A DNA stretch of 59,181 nt, filler included, from Circinaria calcarea (lineage: Eukaryota), in assembly GCA_051942165.1 (NCBI GenBank). It is 7 parts of 7 records of this genome, joined end to end, with 100 filler letters (N's around TTAATTAATTAA, not from the genome) between each part and the next. Parts side by side here need not be neighbours in the genome. Positions count along the whole stretch, not along the records: positions 8,502 to 16,896 come from JAVECS010001124.1; positions 16,997 to 25,388 come from JAVECS010001125.1; positions 25,489 to 33,858 come from JAVECS010001126.1; 4 more parts are not named here. One strand, 5' to 3'. Positions 13,523 through 27,475 of this stretch are shown here, in pieces. Made by a program: the position numbers and the translations under genes. How positions within the stretch are numbered: position 1 is the first letter of the stretch; each line of letters opens with the position of its first letter. The notes beneath the pieces were generated by a model that did not search any database, had not been told where the DNA came from, and worked only from the letters and a program-made list of their open reading frames with translations.

Positions 13523-13945
13523 ATGCAATTCTTCAAGACCATCTTTGCTACTGCCACCATGGCCATGGCCGTTGCTGCTTCCCCAATGGCCGAAATGGAG
13601 TCGCGTACCGCTCCTACAGAATCATGTGCTCCTTCTTTCAGTGCCAAGTGCTGTTCATCGGTGGTCGACAAAATCGTCACCATTCTTAGCATTCCTGTCA
13701 CCGTTCCTGTTGGCCTTAACTGCCTGCCAAGTAAGACCACTTCCGTCTCAGCATCATCTTTGTTGTCCAGAACTGACAAGAAATAGTTCTTTCAGGCGGT
13801 ACATGCACCCAAACCACGGCATGCTGCAAGTCTACTGGACCACAGGTAAATGACAGCATCCTGTTGTCGGATAATGATATACTGATAGGACATTTAGAAC
13901 GGCCTCTTGAACGTTGGCAATGTCTGCCCCCAGGTCATTGCATAA
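13523..13945 (+). CDS. Class I hydrophobin (104 aa)
   Basis: Exons 13523-13730, 13787-13845 and 13898-13945. A signal peptide is followed by eight Cys spaced C-X7-CC-X22-C-X8-C-X5-CC-X15-C, which fits class I spacing. Confidence 0.92.
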
Positions 13946-16689
13946 TCAGCTTTTCAGCAGCTCCGAAACGTCGACTTGAACGAGTGGATGGATTTGTAAC
14001 GATAGGATAGAATTGGGTGGACAGCCAACTTCTTAAGTCTTCTGTACGGTTGTTAGAATCTGGCCAGTTCGTTGCAAGACATTCCTTGATTTGATTTTGC
14101 TATTATGTTTCTGTATTTGTATCAGAGGTCGTGGCAACCAGCGGTATCTTGATGCACCAAACCCTTGGGGGATCAATAACACCACTGTGTGAAGGAGGAG
14201 CAAAAACCCTGTACTTAGCAAGTAACTATAGAATAGCATAATAGAATGAGAGACTTCCGAAGTAAATATCAGGTCCATCCTGTAAGCTATATATCTGCAG
14301 AGCTGCTGATGCACACCAGAGAGAGTCATCATCTTGTCATAAACTAACAGTGATCCGATCTCACTTAGCCCTTTCCGACTATCCATGCACGAAGCATGAG
14401 CGTCATACTGCTTCTGTACAGCACCGCTCTCCTACTTTGATAACCCGAACAGGCACTTATGCATGTAGCATCTTGACAGCTGCACTGCGTCTGCCGCTTT
14501 TGTCCTGACCAGTGACCGCCTTTTAGAAATGTGGTCGATGTTTGTTCATCCAACAAAACCAGGAGACAGTTGGCCCTTCTTGACTCGGGTATTCAGACTG
14601 CTTTGGGCATTGAATCCGTCGTGATATATCTATCATTTGTATCATTCAGGCGACCCTTTGAGAGTGGATTAGTATGTAGGAACGGTCCAGCTTCTTGATG
14701 GTTGCCCAGAGAAGTCCATTCTATAGGGCTTAGCGAGACACGGCACAATCAAGGAATGGCTTCGAAGGAAAGAGGAGCGAGGCGCGTTGGACTGCCAAAT
14801 ACACATCCTTTGCCATCAACCTGCATCCTCACATTCTCTTGTGACCTTCCAACAGCCAAATGTGATCTGGCATCCAGCAAGGCGAGTTGATCTTCTTGTA
14901 TGCACGACTTTTCACGGAGTCATTCGTAGAGTGCGGGGCTCATATACAGTTGCAGTGCGCCAAATGATTGAATGTCTGTCCACCCATCACTCACTTTCGG
15001 CCAGTCCTTGCAGAGCTTGCTGGTTCATAATGCATCGCTGTCAATAGAGGAGAGTCTATAAACTTGCTGGTTTCTCCTTTCAGCTATTCTTTCAAATGGG
15101 CAATCATTCTTTCCCAATTTCTCCAAATGACGTTTCCTCGAACACATTGCGCACGGACATCCATTCCACTGCCCCAACATCCATGCTGCCAAGGAATGAC
15201 AGTGTTGTATGCTCGTTAGTCCAAGAACAGTGTTCACTGATTTTGATTCCTACTTAAGCAGTCCTCCTGCACTTTTTCCAGCTCTTTGGGACTTTGGTGA
15301 ACGATGAGCACAAAGTCCCCGCGCAATATATGAGGAAGAATGGCAAAGGTTGGTTGCCATAGATATATAGAGATGATGCAGAGCAGTTGGTATGCCACAG
15401 TATCTTTCTTGTCTCTGTGTTTCAAAGAGCTCACACTTTTCTATTAGGCTCCTCTGCTCAATATTTCGTGGATTCGGAGCTCCGTTACACTCCGTTCTCA
15501 TCCACGAGCCAGTCCTAAGCCAGACGTTCAGAGCATTCGTGATCATCATCATGGAGAGGTATCTGGTCTGCCAGGTACTCTTGGGATACAGTGTTTTCAC
15601 CTCGTTTTGTTGCTTAGGGTGATGGTGGACGAGGAATTCTCGAGATTCCACTTCCAAAGATGGTACCAGGTGACGCGCCAGATATCTGTCGTCTTTCCGA
15701 GGTTCGATGGCTCAGAGACAGAGACTTCTCCTATACCGGCCTATGCTGACTGTCAGTAAGGTCATTATACGGTAATTAAGTATATAACAATGGTATGCTT
15801 GGTCGCTTCTCCTCTGTCATCCCTCTTTTCACACGTGGAGTACATGCCGTTGCTCGAATGTTCGAGAGGTCCGGTCGTGGCTCGAAGCAATTGTGGCACC
15901 AGCAATGCAAGAAAAGCGAAAAGCTGCATTACCCTTTCGGCTTCTAGCCAAGGATTCGGTGTTGCTATCTTGAATTACGCTCTTGTATCCCTAAGGACTG
16001 TGCCTTGGCTTCGCAGCCTCTCTCATCATCTCGGATGGGTTTAGCTCAGCCCTCCGATAGTGTTTGATTCATCGCCCGGGCTAAGCGAGGCCTCTAAAAA
16101 CGCCCCACAATTTCTGAGCTTCTTTCTTTCTTCCCATCAGACTTTATCAGACCTGAATCGACAGGTTATTGCACACACAGGTTACTGATACTGAGCTTCA
16201 GGTACGTTCATTCTAATTCGCTGAGGATATCTCGCGGCCTCCAGAGTTACCTGGACCAAAGAAGGCCAAACAGCCAAGTGGACGGAACGTGTCATTCATT
16301 CTCCTTCCTCCAAGCTGCACATATCGTGAAGGTTGTCCCTCGAGGATCCAACCTCTCTTCACACCACGTTCATTGCAACACTTTTACCAAACTCTAGGTG
16401 GTCCTTCAGATCATCACTTTTTATCATGACCTGCCAACCGCTGCAGAAACGAATCTGACAAATACCACAACATAAGCACACATCACACTGTCTATCATAT
16501 CTCTCTACTCTCCTTCTGTCTACCTTGATCTTCGTCTTGTAACAACGGCGAGGTTATTCTATGAATAACTGGCTTATCTTGTTGATGTTCTGTATTGACT
16601 GGTCTCACAAGACACTCACGTATTGCGAGCCACATCAGCGATTACGATGGCTGATAGACTTGTCCAGTAGGAAAGGTCGAAACCCGAAG

Positions 16690-16896
16690 ATGTCTTCAAC
16701 TGAGAACGCGTTCGCCGCTCTGAGTGTGAAAGAAGCAGACCAGGCTACTGCCCCCACAGGTCTTACGAGCGCCAAAACTGATGCAAACCTCAAAGACTTG
16801 GAGTCGGCTCAGCTTGCTCGCGCAAAAGGATGGGTTGAGCCGGAGCTCTACGACTACGATACTTACAACGCTAGTCGTGGTCGTGAGGAAGCCAAG
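16690..16896 (+). CDS. 5' fragment of a probable Ded1/Vasa-like fungal DEAD-box RNA helicase (truncated by contig end)
   Basis: Open from ATG 16690 to the linker. ARAKGWVEPELYDYDTYN resembles the N-terminal segment I recall for a filamentous-fungal DEAD-box helicase subfamily. No helicase core motif is visible. Confidence 0.45.
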
Positions 16897-16996
16897 NNNN
16901 NNNNNNNNNNNNNNNNNNNNNNNNNNNNNNNNNNNNNNNNTTAATTAATTAANNNNNNNNNNNNNNNNNNNNNNNNNNNNNNNNNNNNNNNNNNNN
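16897..16996. other. Artificial contig linker
   Basis: N44-TTAATTAATTAA-N44. Confidence 0.99.
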
Positions 16997-18871
16997 CGTG
17001 ATCTTGCTGAGCACCTCGTTCGCCCGGTTGCCCTGCGCAATGTTATCCACGCTCAACTGCGCCAGGTAGTTGCTGTGGCTGCGACTGAGCATCTTCTCGA
17101 AATGGCCGAGGTTGCTCATCATGGTGACGACGTGGTCTTGGATGTCACCGAGGTAGAGGCCGATTTCGCCCCGGGGCGTGACCGAGTACTGTTCGTTGCA
17201 GCGTTTCGCGAACCCCTTGATGACGTCCGCTTTCCCTCCGAGGAGACGCATCAGGGACATGACCTTTTTGCGGCAGACGCCGATTTGGCGCAGGAGAGAG
17301 GAGAAGTCTTCGGAGCGGGCAACAAAGACTTGATCCTCAATTTGATCGGTTTCGAGTTCAATGGAGCGAATGACAGGACCAAAGGAATCGACAATATTAT
17401 CTCTTGAAAAAGCTGTTAGCAAACTAAATGTATCATGGTCAGAGTGATGACAAAGTACGTACACCATAGCGTAGCAAATCCAGTCGCTGGTCAGATCAAT
17501 ATAATTCCTCAAAGTACCAATGCGCTTTCGAACGTTTGCTGCATGGGGGCTAAGTGCATAAGTAAAGGTAATGATGCCATCGCGGAACACGACCATGTAA
17601 ACATTGACTGGTTCCATGTAGTCGTCGCTGTTTTTGTCCATTTGGTAAAAGGATCGGAAACAGACAAAATAATATTGCTTGAATAATTCCACTTTCTCCC
17701 GGATCTCTTGGCTCTGAATGTCCTCCGCCGTGAGTCTATGAATTCCGAAAGCTTTCTGAAACATTTCCAGTTCGTCTTCGGAAGGGTTCAGCACATCCAG
17801 CCACCAAGCACCACCGTCTTGGGGTAACTCGAAAAGATCTCGGAAAGTTTCACCGGGCATTATCAAATCCCCTAATTCGGGCGCGTGAATGGTGTGTTCA
17901 GTCTCTGATGAGAAGAAACTGAATCGGTTCGTCTCTGCAACACTCGGTCTGCGGTCAAATGGAGGCTTCTCGCCTAGAAAATCATCGCAGTTCTTCTCCT
18001 TGCTTAGTGAAAGATCATCGGCAGCGGTACAGGTGACACCAGATCCACGGCCCATCGGACTTGCAGCATGTGTGACAATTTGTGGCACTCCCTTGTGTAT
18101 ATTTGTGCAATCATCAATTGACTTTGGCTTCTGTCCCTGCGAACTAAAGCTATGGCGCTGTCGAACGGGGACAGCGGTGCGTCCACGAGTACTCTCAGCG
18201 ACGAATTCTTCCAATTCCTCAAAATCAATTCTGAATGTCTTAGATGGCTCTTCTGGCTGTGGAAAGCAGACATCTTCTTGTGGACGAACTTCAGCTTCAT
18301 TATTATCAACTGGTCGTATACTCGCATTGCTGAAAGTTGGCCGACGGTGATGAGTTCCTCCAGAGACAGTCCTTTGTAATGGGAGATCAACTTCAGAGCG
18401 TCCCCTGCTTCCGAAAGTATTCGCGCGCTCGCGACGTCGACCATCCGCAAAGGCGTCCACGGAGTTGCGAGGTGAAGTTGAGCGGGAGGAGGAGGGCGAC
18501 CGGTCTCTTGATCTACCAAACTTCTCCATGGTATCTTGTATCCGGCGTGATAGGCCGCGTCCGGGGCTTGGAACAGGACTTGCAGGGTCACCTATGGTGG
18601 CATCTTCGTTTCTGCTTGCGTCATCATCGGTGACAGCCTGCTCGAAATCCCTCGACACCGGTCCTGCATCTCGAAGCCTTTCGTCGACCTGTAACAAATC
18701 CGGCCTGGCATCATATGTACTTGTAATCGTGCCGCGACGGCTAGCGTTTTCTCGGCGAGAGCTGTTATTCGTATTCGCCATTGGGATTTGTTTCTGGTTT
18801 CGATGGTCATCCAGATTTGACACCGGAGTGCTGAACCGCGTCTCTAACTTCTCAGACCTAGGGGAATCCAT
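16997..18871 (-). CDS. ALR1: CorA-family Mg2+ transporter, Alr1/Alr2-like (3' truncated)
   Basis: Motifs WWLDVLNP, FGIHRLTAEDI, REKVELFKQYYFVCF, DWICYAM-VDNIVDSF, GLYLGDIQDH and LSRSHSNYLAQL. The in-frame 60-nt intron 17403-17462 is read through in the ORF track. The gene is cut before the GMN motif and TM helices. Confidence 0.9.
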
Positions 18872-19907
18872 TGACGCCAAGATTTCACGGTGGTATGGCT
18901 TGTTCCTGCCTCTTTGCGTGATAGTACCTCAAGCAAGCTTATTTCGCGGTCTAGAGGACACGGTCGGCTTAGTCCCTGATCCTTTAGAGCTTTGCTTTAT
19001 GATGATGGTGTTGAGTATCCGATATTCGACACACAACACCTAGTTGCCCCACTCGTAACTGCAAGAGTGCTTTGCTAACCCATCTATGAACCTGATTTGC
19101 CGGGTATATCTCCGGACCTTTTACAACCTCTGCGAGGCAGGTTGTTTCCTGTACTGCTTCTAAGTCGCTGCGTTGTGCGATGAGTTTTCTTTCCAAAGCC
19201 CCAGTTATGGAGGCTTAAGGTCGCCTCCACAAAGGACCCGGACCTTTGGACCCAGGAGAGGTCGAATGAAGGAGAAGTGGTGGAAGTGAAGTCCCGCCAA
19301 CTTGATGGTATTAACCACTGAGAGCCGTACGGTGGCCAGACTTTGAGTGATTACGTGGTCTTGTTGTTGCGACACTCGTTCGTACCCTTTCGTATGGCAA
19401 CAATTGCTGCCGGCTGAGTTTGCTGGAGAGTAGTTTGATCTGGATTTGTATAGTAAAGGTCTGCTCAGAGAACCTTCGGGCGTGGACGGGTTTTATAGCT
19501 CGGCTGTGGAATTCTGCACCAGAGATCTGTGTGATCATGTACACGACATGCCGAACAAAGCCGTCGTTAAAAAGGTGCAGGAGAAAAGAATAGAAGTGTT
19601 AGAGTGAGAGAATTTGGAATTTGGGCATTTTTTTGACGATTAAACGCTAGAGACGCGCCTCGGCAAGCTTCCTCTGCGGGCGGACCCCCATCCATCAATA
19701 TCCCACCCGCACTCCTCCCTTTATTGTCATCTACGCTGATGCACTACTCTCCGAAAGGCAAAGGACAGGGACTTCCTGAGATATCGAGGGCTGCAATCAT
19801 GCATCACACTCATCATGCATGCATGCACCTTTTGCTGCCGTATTGTATAGCTGCATGCACCTAATATGGACCTTTTGAAGTCATGCCAATGACATACAAT
19901 CAGCTCA

Positions 19908-21000
19908 TCAGATAGGACAGTACATCCGGTTTCTCCAACTGCCATGCCATCGACACCCTTCTGTTATCGCTTTCAGCTGTTCGAGCGCTTCGTCGACCTT
20001 CCCGACCCCGCTCGCTTCCTTCTTCCCTTCGAACTCGACGAAGAAGATGTAGTGCCAGGGACTGATGCGACTAGGCCTGCTGTTGATACTCGTCAAATTG
20101 AGATCATAGGCCTTGAATATCATCAGCGCATCCGCCAGCGCGCCCGGCAATTGGTGATTGATAGTAAAAGCAACCAAACTCTTCCACCGGTTTCCGGTCC
20201 GATCAGTCTTTGAAGGCGCACTTTCGGATGATGGCAGACTCTGGGGGCCCCGGCATAAAATGAAGAACCGAGTGGTATTATCGTCTCGGTCCTCAATTCC
20301 CTTGGCGAGTGTCCCCAGTCCATGCACTTGAGCTGCAACTTTGCTCGATATGGCTGCTGTGGACCTGGTGGCGTCTTGGGATACAATCTCCGCTGCTTTA
20401 GATGTAGACGACACCTCTTGCCGCTCAATGCCTCGTAGATAAGTAGCCAAGAATGCTTCGCATTGGCCGAAGGCTTGCGGGTGCGAATAGATACGCTTGA
20501 TATGCTTCAGGCTCGTCACCGGGCGTGTCTTCGGCTTCAGCGGACTCGGTGTTTTGGTGGTTGGAGTCGAGTCCCCTGAGTTGAGATGATCATCTTGAGG
20601 CACTCCGGAAGGGTAGCCGAGCAAATGATGGTGGACATTGAGGAAAACTTCGCCACAGACAAGCACATCGGGATAATGCAGTTGGCGGTCCGCGAAGAGA
20701 TCAAGAGTATAGACGACAGAGCCGTTTGTCGAGTTTTCAAAAGGGACCACTCCGTAGGTAGAGGAGGAAGACTGCACGGCACTAAAAATGTCTGACGATA
20801 GTTGAGATCGGGTTGCCGATGAGAATAAAGAAAGGGGAATCACCTTGGAGGGCCGCACGCGGCTCAAGCAAGAACTGTTCCTCCTGGAAATCTTCCAGGG
20901 CAGCCTATGAAGATCAGCGGCCAAAACCTTCGTCCTCGATCCATATACCCACTTGATGGGTATATGACGATGGAGGACCCAGATAAGCAACAGTCTCCAT
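19908..21000 (-). CDS. PHA2: Prephenate dehydratase
   Basis: METVAYLGPPSSYTHQ, then introns 20905-20952 and 20792-20843. Motifs GVVPFENSTNGSV, IYSHPQAFGQC, NTTRF and an ACT domain (PGALADAL...NLTSINSRP). Confidence 0.95.
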
Positions 21001-21518
21001 GATCGGCCTGATCACCTAACAAGAAGTCCTAGTCACCTATGCTGACTTCCTCGTGTATATTTGCAATCGGTTGCTGTTCGTCTAGCCCGGTATTGCTGCG
21101 AGGGATTTCATAGTTTCTGAATCCCCTAACCAAGGTTTGATCTGTAAGGCCATAATTCAGTTATGAAAGCTCCTGTTTATCTCCGATGCAGCGAAATTAG
21201 GTCAATTTTTAATTCCTGAAGAGCGAGGTTCTATGCTAGAATCAAAAGTTACGCACGCTGAATCTTCTACAACCTTTTGGACAGCCTTCCAGGAATCAGG
21301 ATTTAGCAATATTAGCAAGTCAAAGCTTGAATTGCCAAGAACTACTGTTTGATGCAGTTATGAAGCTTTGATTCAGCTTTAATACGTTATTGTCCAGTAT
21401 TTACCGACCATGACCAAGTTCCATAATATATACGAAAATGCTCCCCTAATAAAACTTATGCCGCTAAAACGCAGAGACTACTCATGTCAAATGTGAATAA
21501 AGAGACCAAAAATGCGTA

Positions 21519-23810
21519 TTAAATTGCACCAATCTTGGATTTTGGGAGAAACGCCCACACTGTCCCTATCACAGCCATGATCGAGCAAATTATTATGAGA
21601 AACCAATCGAAGACCCTCTCCTTGAGACTTATGTCACTGCCAAAAAGCTTTAGGTAGAAGGCCAGAGGCAGGATGATGCATATGGTGAAACACAACGCAG
21701 ACCCCATCAATGCCATGATGCGATCGAACGATGAGAACAGGATTGCGATGATTGTAATGATGATGACAGTTAAGATTCGGATGCTGAATTTGAGCAAACC
21801 GCGGTAGAAGCCAGACATACCCACCAAGCTCGGTGAGCTAGACAGAGCTCGAACGTCGAGCCCACAAGCGATTTCTACTGTAGTAATAATCGGCCGGGCA
21901 CTGGCATAGTTATTAGCACAGATTCTGTTGTAGAATCCTAAAATACTCACTTGAGAGGAAGCTTAGTCAAAGGAATGACTGCAATAAAAAGAACAATGAC
22001 AATGGATATGGCCCTTGGGTAACCGGGCGTCAAGAGGATGTTGGAGGTTACCTCGTCACGAACAATATCGCCAAACATGAGAAGGCCGATAACAGCCATG
22101 CTCAAATCCAGAAGATACTACGCATTGTCAGTCGTGAACTTTGAGTGATGGTGACAGATTCCTCACGGTAAAGCTAAAGGTAACTTGTAATGCCTTGCCA
22201 TACTTGTATGGATGCCGCATATCCCTATAGATATTCGGAAAAACGCTGTGACCTCCCCAAGGCGCTAGGCGACTGATAAGTAAGGTTTTGCGGTGACTTT
22301 CGCTGATGGAACTTACACATCAAAAGGCCAAAGCTCAGTGGCAAGGTAGACCACTGCCGAGGAAAAGGGTATGTTTTGGCTGGCTCTCGTAATGACCCAG
22401 GCGTGTGGCACTTGAGAAGCCCATCAATGAAAATGAGTGTAAGAACTGCGTGACTCTTAGTATACGGCTTTGAATTCGGAAGAATCTCACACATACTCCC
22501 GAGGCAACATCCAATACCGAACAAACTTGAATAGCTCAGCAGCCGAAGAGGAACAAAACACAGGGGCAACATAATGACCCCACAAAATACTTTCCATTCA
22601 ACAATACCCCAGCCAGGGATCAACACGTCAAGACTATCCGCAAAGAGCACGACCAACGCCACACAAGCTGCCACCAATTCAACGCTAAAGAGAATACTTG
22701 TCACAATCCGCGCCTTGGAACCAAAGGAAACGTAGGCAATATCTGCAAAGGTAATAAGAGAATCATCCACGTCGAGACACTTCGCGAGTAGACCAGCAGT
22801 GTACCTGGTTACAAGAGCAGCAAAGAGGAGGAATGTCAGACCGACTAGCCAGCCGGCATATTTCATTCCGAGCGGTAAACTGAGAAGGCCGATTCCAATG
22901 AGAACATTCACCGAGTTTAGGACTGTTTGAGGAAGAGTAGATTGCCCAACCACGACGTTTATAATTTTCCCATCATCCCGTTCAACTCGCTTCACAAGGA
23001 GAGGTTCTCGTTCTTTATCCGGCTCCGATACACCTTTGACTTGCTGTTCCCGATAGAGACGGGCGGCATGCCTCTTGGAAGAGTCATTTAGATTTGACGA
23101 GAGTGAACCATATATGCCCCCAAAGTCCGAATACGGAGAGGCTAGATGAGGTGCGTGAGCAAAGATGTCGTTGCCTCGACCGTGAAGGGAGTCATCGTGA
23201 GGGGTAACAATTCCGGAGGCGTTCTGTTCGGCGTCTTCGCCCAAGTTATCTTCGTGTACGGCTGATTCCGGTGAATTCCCTTGCTGCTCTAGCTGCTGAC
23301 GGAGAAGGGACTTGTGCTGGGATATATGCTGTGCCGGACCGCGTTCCTCATCAGCTCGACCAAACGGGGCCTCGCCGTCCTGTTCGTCTGAAACGACAAA
23401 CGACGAGCGGGCCGGCGTGATCTCGTAAAATCCGGCGGCACGCTGCCATGAGCGTGCGAAATTCTCAAGACTGTTGACACCTCCGAGCTGCGCTAAGGAG
23501 TTGATTCGTATAGAGAGAGATGACCTACAAGAAGCATCGAGGGCGTTAGTATATAATGCGAATTCTCGGATCAACCGAGAAGAGTCCAAGGGGCATACCT
23601 TCGATGTCGAAGGCCATGCTCTGAGCCACCATTGCCATTCGTCCCCTCGCCGCTCTGGCGGTGGCGATCAGATGGCAATGCCCCCTGCGGTGGGGAAGCA
23701 TCAAATCGAATGCGACTTCCACTCGACCCTACTGAGCCGTGTCTGCGTGAGGATCTTCCATATTCATAGTCTTCCCAGTTAACGGGCTTCCTAGGGGTAG
23801 GTGCGGCCAT
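21519..23810 (-). CDS. AVT1: Vacuolar amino-acid transporter, Avt1-like (AAAP family)
   Basis: Multi-exon gene, first intron 23525-23598. Motifs GGVNSLENFARSWQRAAGF, GQSTLPQTVLNSVNVLIGIGLLSLP and C-terminal FDRIMALMGS, with many TM helices. Confidence 0.9.
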
Positions 23811-24656
23811 ACCTTCCTCCAGGGAACTCGAGCTGATAGGAGAGGTAAGGTGACGAGAACCACCACGATAATGAGCTTCGGTAGAGGCAGGAGTCTTGTT
23901 GAACTACCTGAGATTTATATCAAGGCCCAGGATAAAATCTTTGCAGGCGGCTTCGGTTCCTACCTCCCCGCACAGCAATTGGGGTAGTGTGAGGGGTGTG
24001 GTAGATTTATATGTGGATGGGTGGGGGAAGTGATGATGGCATATGTAGGTCTAAGGTGGACGGTCCAATAAGGTCTCGGCGCAATCACGGCACGACAGGA
24101 CAGTGAATGACTCTGCAACATCCGAATGATGGAGATCGAATTGGAGAGTCATAAGAACAGCCATCGTCGCAGAGATTGAGACGATCTCGAGGGGCTGATA
24201 AGATAAGCTCTCTCTCTCAATTGAGGTGGGGGTTCCCTAGTCCGGCACTTGGGGAAGAGGAATCTGGACCCTGCCATCGCTAAACCTTGTATGGAGCTCT
24301 CTGTAGTTCGTTCTCCTTTGAGGGCAGGGCCGTTTCTTGCACATCATCTCTCCCGTTTCGTGCCGAGAGATGGAAAAGGTACCGAGATCCTAGTGCTGTG
24401 TGTCATCTGAGTCGGTTGTGGGAGTACCTTTTTAGTCAGAATTGACTCGTCTTGCCTGTCTGACTCGCCTCGGTTCAACAGTGGGCCGCCGTAGTAAAGC
24501 TCCCCACACTCCATAAAGTTGTCAGAAATCCCAAAACACAGCCTCATTCCATACTCGAGGCTACCTTCTGTCAGCAGAGATAACTGAATCAGATCGTATC
24601 GAGTGTGCTAAGACTTGGAAGTTGGAACTAGAGTAACTCCTGCATCGTTGCTCACC

Positions 24657-25388
24657 ATGAGCGCTCCCCAGGCGAACGAGGCGGAGAAGAATATTGAAAT
24701 ATGGAAGGTGAAAAAGCTGATCAAGCGTCTCGAGGCGGCGAGAGGAAACGGTACCTCGATGATATCGCTCATCATTCGTGCGTCCCTAGTGACCTGGTGC
24801 CGCTCGCTCTGTATGACTGACTGGCGTCGCAGCGCCCAAGGATCAAGTCTCCCGAGCGGCCAAAATGTTGGCCGAAGAATTTGTACGCCCAGTCCGATGG
24901 GAGTCTTTTTAGGAGTCCCGTACTGATCGAACCAGGGTACGGCGTCAAATATCAAGTCCCGGGTGAATAGGCAGTCGGTGCTTTCCGCCATCACCTCAAC
25001 ACAACAGCGGCTCAAGCTATACACCAAGGTACCCCCTAATGGCCTGGTTGTGTATTGCGGAGAAATCATCACGTCCGAGGGCAAGGAACGAAAGATTAAC
25101 ATTGATTTCGAACCGTTCAAGCCTATCAATACATCGCTCTACCTATGCGATAATAAATTCCACACCGAAGCCTTGAGCGAGTTGCTCGAGTCGGACCAGA
25201 AGTTCGGCTTCATCATCATGGACGGAAACGGTGCGCTCTTTGGAACACTTAGTGGCAATACCAGAGATGTTGTCCACAAGTTTTCTGTCGACCTTCCTAA
25301 AAAGCACGGTCGTGGGGGACAATCGGCTCTTCGATTTGCGCGATTGCGGGAAGAGAAACGTCACAACTATGTTCGCAAGGTCGCGGAG
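24657..25388 (+). CDS. SUP45: Eukaryotic release factor 1 (3' truncated)
   Basis: Introns 24778-24832 and 24883-24935. Motifs [28 protein letters not shown] and [11 protein letters not shown]. Confidence 0.98.
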
Positions 25389-25488
25389 NNNNNNNNNNNN
25401 NNNNNNNNNNNNNNNNNNNNNNNNNNNNNNNNTTAATTAATTAANNNNNNNNNNNNNNNNNNNNNNNNNNNNNNNNNNNNNNNNNNNN
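25389..25488. other. Artificial contig linker
   Basis: N44-TTAATTAATTAA-N44. Confidence 0.99.
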
Positions 25489-27475
25489 TTTTTGAAGAAG
25501 GGGGGTTGGGAGTCGTGAAGAAGGCGCCGGTGGGGGAGAGGAAGGAGGAGATTTGGGATTCTGTGAGAAGGGGTGTTGGTCTGGGTTTGGAGTTTCATGA
25601 GGCAGAGGGGAGGGGGGAAGAGAGAGAGAGTGGGAGACGTACTTTGAAGGGTATCTGCGAATTGAAGGTAGCTGTCATCGAATGTAGCTTCGTAAAGGTC
25701 TATCAACCCCTTTATGAAAAAAGCATAATCGTCCGCCAAACCGTGCGCATCCCCTCTTCCCTCCCGATAGATCCGCCACAATGTCCCGGTCGATTCGTCA
25801 AAGAGTTCGCGCCGGATAAAGGCAACGGCCTTTTCGGCTGCAATCCTGCATTCTTTGGCTTTAGGAGGGTCAATGTCTTCGAGAACGGCACTCGTGCGCG
25901 CGAGAGCTCCGATCGCAAGGCCATTCCAGGCGGTGACGATTTTATCGTCGAGCGCCGGTCTCGGTCGGTATTTCTCCCGATGTTCTCGTAATTTCCGTCG
26001 TCCGTCCTTCAGGATCTTGACAATCTCTTCTTCGGCCATACCAAACTCCTTGGCGAGAACACATGGTGGAAATTTGATACCGAGGACGTTCTGTCCCATC
26101 AACTCGTCATGCGGGTCATTTTCTCTCTCAATGTTTCCGTCGGCCGTCACGCCGTAAAACCGGGCACATACTTCGGCGGAGCGGTGACCCAAAATGTTTT
26201 GAAAGTCTTTGAGCGTCCACACGTAATATGCGCCTTCCCGCTTTTCAGTGTCATTGCTGGAGGGATAAGAGTCTGCATCTTCGGCTGAGTAGAATCCACC
26301 TTCCGGGGCCGCCATGGGTGGACTGGTGAGGTATGTAGCTATGTCACAGACTGCACCAAGCATTTCTGGGTCATGGCTGATGAGGAAGGCATCTAGGTAA
26401 GCGTCAAGAAGCTGGGCTTGATCGTAGAGCATTTTCTCAAAGTGAGGGAGACTCCAATCCTTCGTGACCGAATATCTTGCAAAGCCATATCCTACTTGGT
26501 CTCGAATGCCACCTCTTGCCATTTTCCGCAAGGTATTGATAGCCATTGCAGCGGCATCGTCACATTCATCGTTACCTACAATATCTTTGACTGCATCCGG
26601 CCATTGGCCCAACCTCAGCAAGAAGATGAGATTGACTGGAGTGGGGAACTTTGGGGCAGTGGAAAATCCGCCGTTGACTCTGTCGTATTTCTTGGCAAAA
26701 TGCTGATACGCCTCCTCCATGAGCTCTATATCCAATTCGTCCGATTCCCCCTTCTCGCCCATCTGATGGCTATGCACTCCTTCTTCGGCAAACTCCCTCA
26801 GTTGCCTCGTAATCTCCTTTGCGCTCTCTCTGCACTTTTGTTCTTGTGTATTCCAGATATCTCTCATTTTCTCCAAAATGTCCAAAAACCCCACCGTGTC
26901 TCCCCTTATCATTGCTGCCGTTGAGCTGCTCGGACCCGGCCAATAGGTTCCGCCAAAAACCGGCTGGAGATCAGGCGTGAGGAAGACGTTGAGCGGCCAG
27001 CCTCCGGAGCCGGTCGTTGCTTGCACATAATTCATATAAATGGCGTCTATGTCGGGTCGTTCTTCTCGATCAATCTTGATCGGGACGAAAGAGGTGTTGA
27101 GAATATGCGCGACCTCTGGAGAGAGAAAGGACTCCCGTTCCATGACATGGCACCCTGGCCTGTATCAATGAATCACTCCAAAGTCTTACATGGCGTCGCC
27201 CAAAGCTAAGACAAAGACGTACAGTGGCATGCGGCATAGCCGATACTAACAAACAAGAGGCGATTGTGCTTCTTTGCCAGGGCAAGAGTCTCGGGGTTCC
27301 ACATCTGCCATGCGACTGGATTATTCATATGCCCCCGAACCTAATAATCGTTGGAGGTTAGAATAGCTGTAAATACACCTGAACTAGGTCCTATAGAAAA
27401 ACTTACGTACGGACTCCTACTCTCGCTCAACTTATTCACCAGAACCAAGTCTTCATCCTTATGAAAGCTACCCAT
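25489..27475 (-). CDS. SPATA20/YyaL-like protein (thioredoxin-like DUF255 plus six-hairpin glycosidase-like barrel; 3' truncated)
   Basis: The spliced N-terminus reads LVNKLSESRSPYVRGHMNNPVAWQ...IGYAACHWCHVMERESF. Further motifs: IKIDREERPDID, GGWPLNVFLTP, PHFEKMLYDQAQL and DDKIVTAWNGL. Confidence 0.93.

Noticed and set aside
24657..25388. Variant eRF1 implying stop-codon reassignment
   Set aside because: GTS, NIKS, YxCxxxF and GGQ are canonical, and genes in the window end with TAA, TAG and TGA.
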